From an uncultured cyanobacterium (GTDB lineage Bacteria; Cyanobacteriota; Cyanobacteriia; Cyanobacteriales; Nostocaceae), in NCBI GenBank assembly GCA_963706595.1, contig OY970166.1, positions 3,744,001 to 3,808,000 on the forward strand: 64,000 nucleotides of DNA, in the 5' to 3' direction. The position numbers and the translations under genes were made by a program. Position 1 is the stretch's first letter. Each line of letters opens with the position of its first letter. Below, one piece after another: positions 63,338 to 64,000 of this stretch. The notes beneath the pieces were generated by a model. It saw only the letters and a program-made list of their open reading frames with translations. It had not been told where the DNA came from and made no database searches.

Positions 63338-64000
63338 ATGACATCGGCTGATCAATCAACTCGATTAACCCACAATAGCCTGGAAAAACAAACCAGTCCA
63401 GCTAGGGTTCTGGATGTCGGTTTTTGGGGACTAACCCTGTTACTAGCCATTGGTTCTGGAGCAGTTTTACTCTGGGTAATCGCCCAGACTGCGATCGCAG
63501 CTACACCAGCCATTCAAGAATTTGGCCTCGGTTTTTTATGGGGTACAACCTGGAACCCTGTCACGAACGTCTACGGCGTGCTACCTCAGATATATGGAAC
63601 CATAGTCACCGCCTTTATTGCCCTGTTAATTGCAGTTCCTCTGGGCATTGGAGTAGCAATATTTTTAACCGAAGGATTTGCTCCCACTTGGGTGACAACT
63701 CCCATTGCCTTTGCCATTGAGCTAATTGTTGCTATTCCCAGTGTCGTTTTAGGAATTTGGGGGATTTTTATCCTCATTCCCGCTATTAAACCTGTTTTCA
63801 GCTTTCTCAATACTTACTTCGGCTGGATTCCTATTTTTAGTGGCAATGCGGCTCCAGGCAATAGCCTCTTGATTGTGGGCTTGGTATTGGCAATTATGAT
63901 TGTGCCTATTATTATCTCTATTACCCGTAGCACCTTTGAAGTCCTACCCCCATATCTCCGCAATGGTTCCTTAGCTTTGGGCGCAACTCGTTGGGAAACA
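63338..64000 (+). CDS. pstC: Phosphate ABC transporter permease (partial at window edge)
   Basis: From ATG 63338: MTSADQ...WNPVTNVYGVLPQIYGT...IELIVAIPSVVLGIWG...LALGATRWET. Confidence 0.93.
   Translation, partial: MTSADQSTRLTHNSLEKQTSPARVLDVGFWGLTLLLAIGSGAVLLWVIAQTAIAATPAIQEFGLGFLWGTTWNPVTNVYGVLPQIYGTIVTAFIALLIAVPLGIGVAIFLTEGFAPTWVTTPIAFAIELIVAIPSVVLGIWGIFILIPAIKPVFSFLNTYFGWIPIFSGNAAPGNSLLIVGLVLAIMIVPIIISITRSTFEVLPPYLRNGSLALGATRWET

Overview
Chromosomal window from a Nostocales cyanobacterium (Nostoc/Anabaena/Nodularia-like), judged from abundant HIP1 GCGATCGC octamers, heptamer STRR tracts, apcD, pex and pmgA. The housekeeping backbone includes rpmF, ureDABC, serS, groESL with CIRCE, asnS, rlmD, purL/purF, apt, lspA and pstSC. 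No rRNA, tRNA or CRISPR array was seen. Accessory content: (i) the urease operon is interrupted twice, by an ABC-type ATPase + DUF4276 pair and by an antisense GxxExxY nuclease gene enclosed in a 26-bp inverted repeat; (ii) an AT-rich island between serS and groEL carries a radical SAM + methyltransferase pair, a solo DUF4351 gene, hicBA and a Tse2-like toxin with a candidate immunity gene; (iii) two TnpB-only IS200/IS605 elements, an IS607 remnant and an orphan copy of its right end; (iv) a decayed scytonemin-type locus between a broken bioY and pstS; (v) many REP-, MITE- and SDR-like small repeats, some inserted in frame in genes. The best candidate for an undescribed system is the inverted-repeat-bounded GxxExxY cassette and its dispersed gene-less repeat relatives. 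All family assignments are from motif recognition only; no searches were run.
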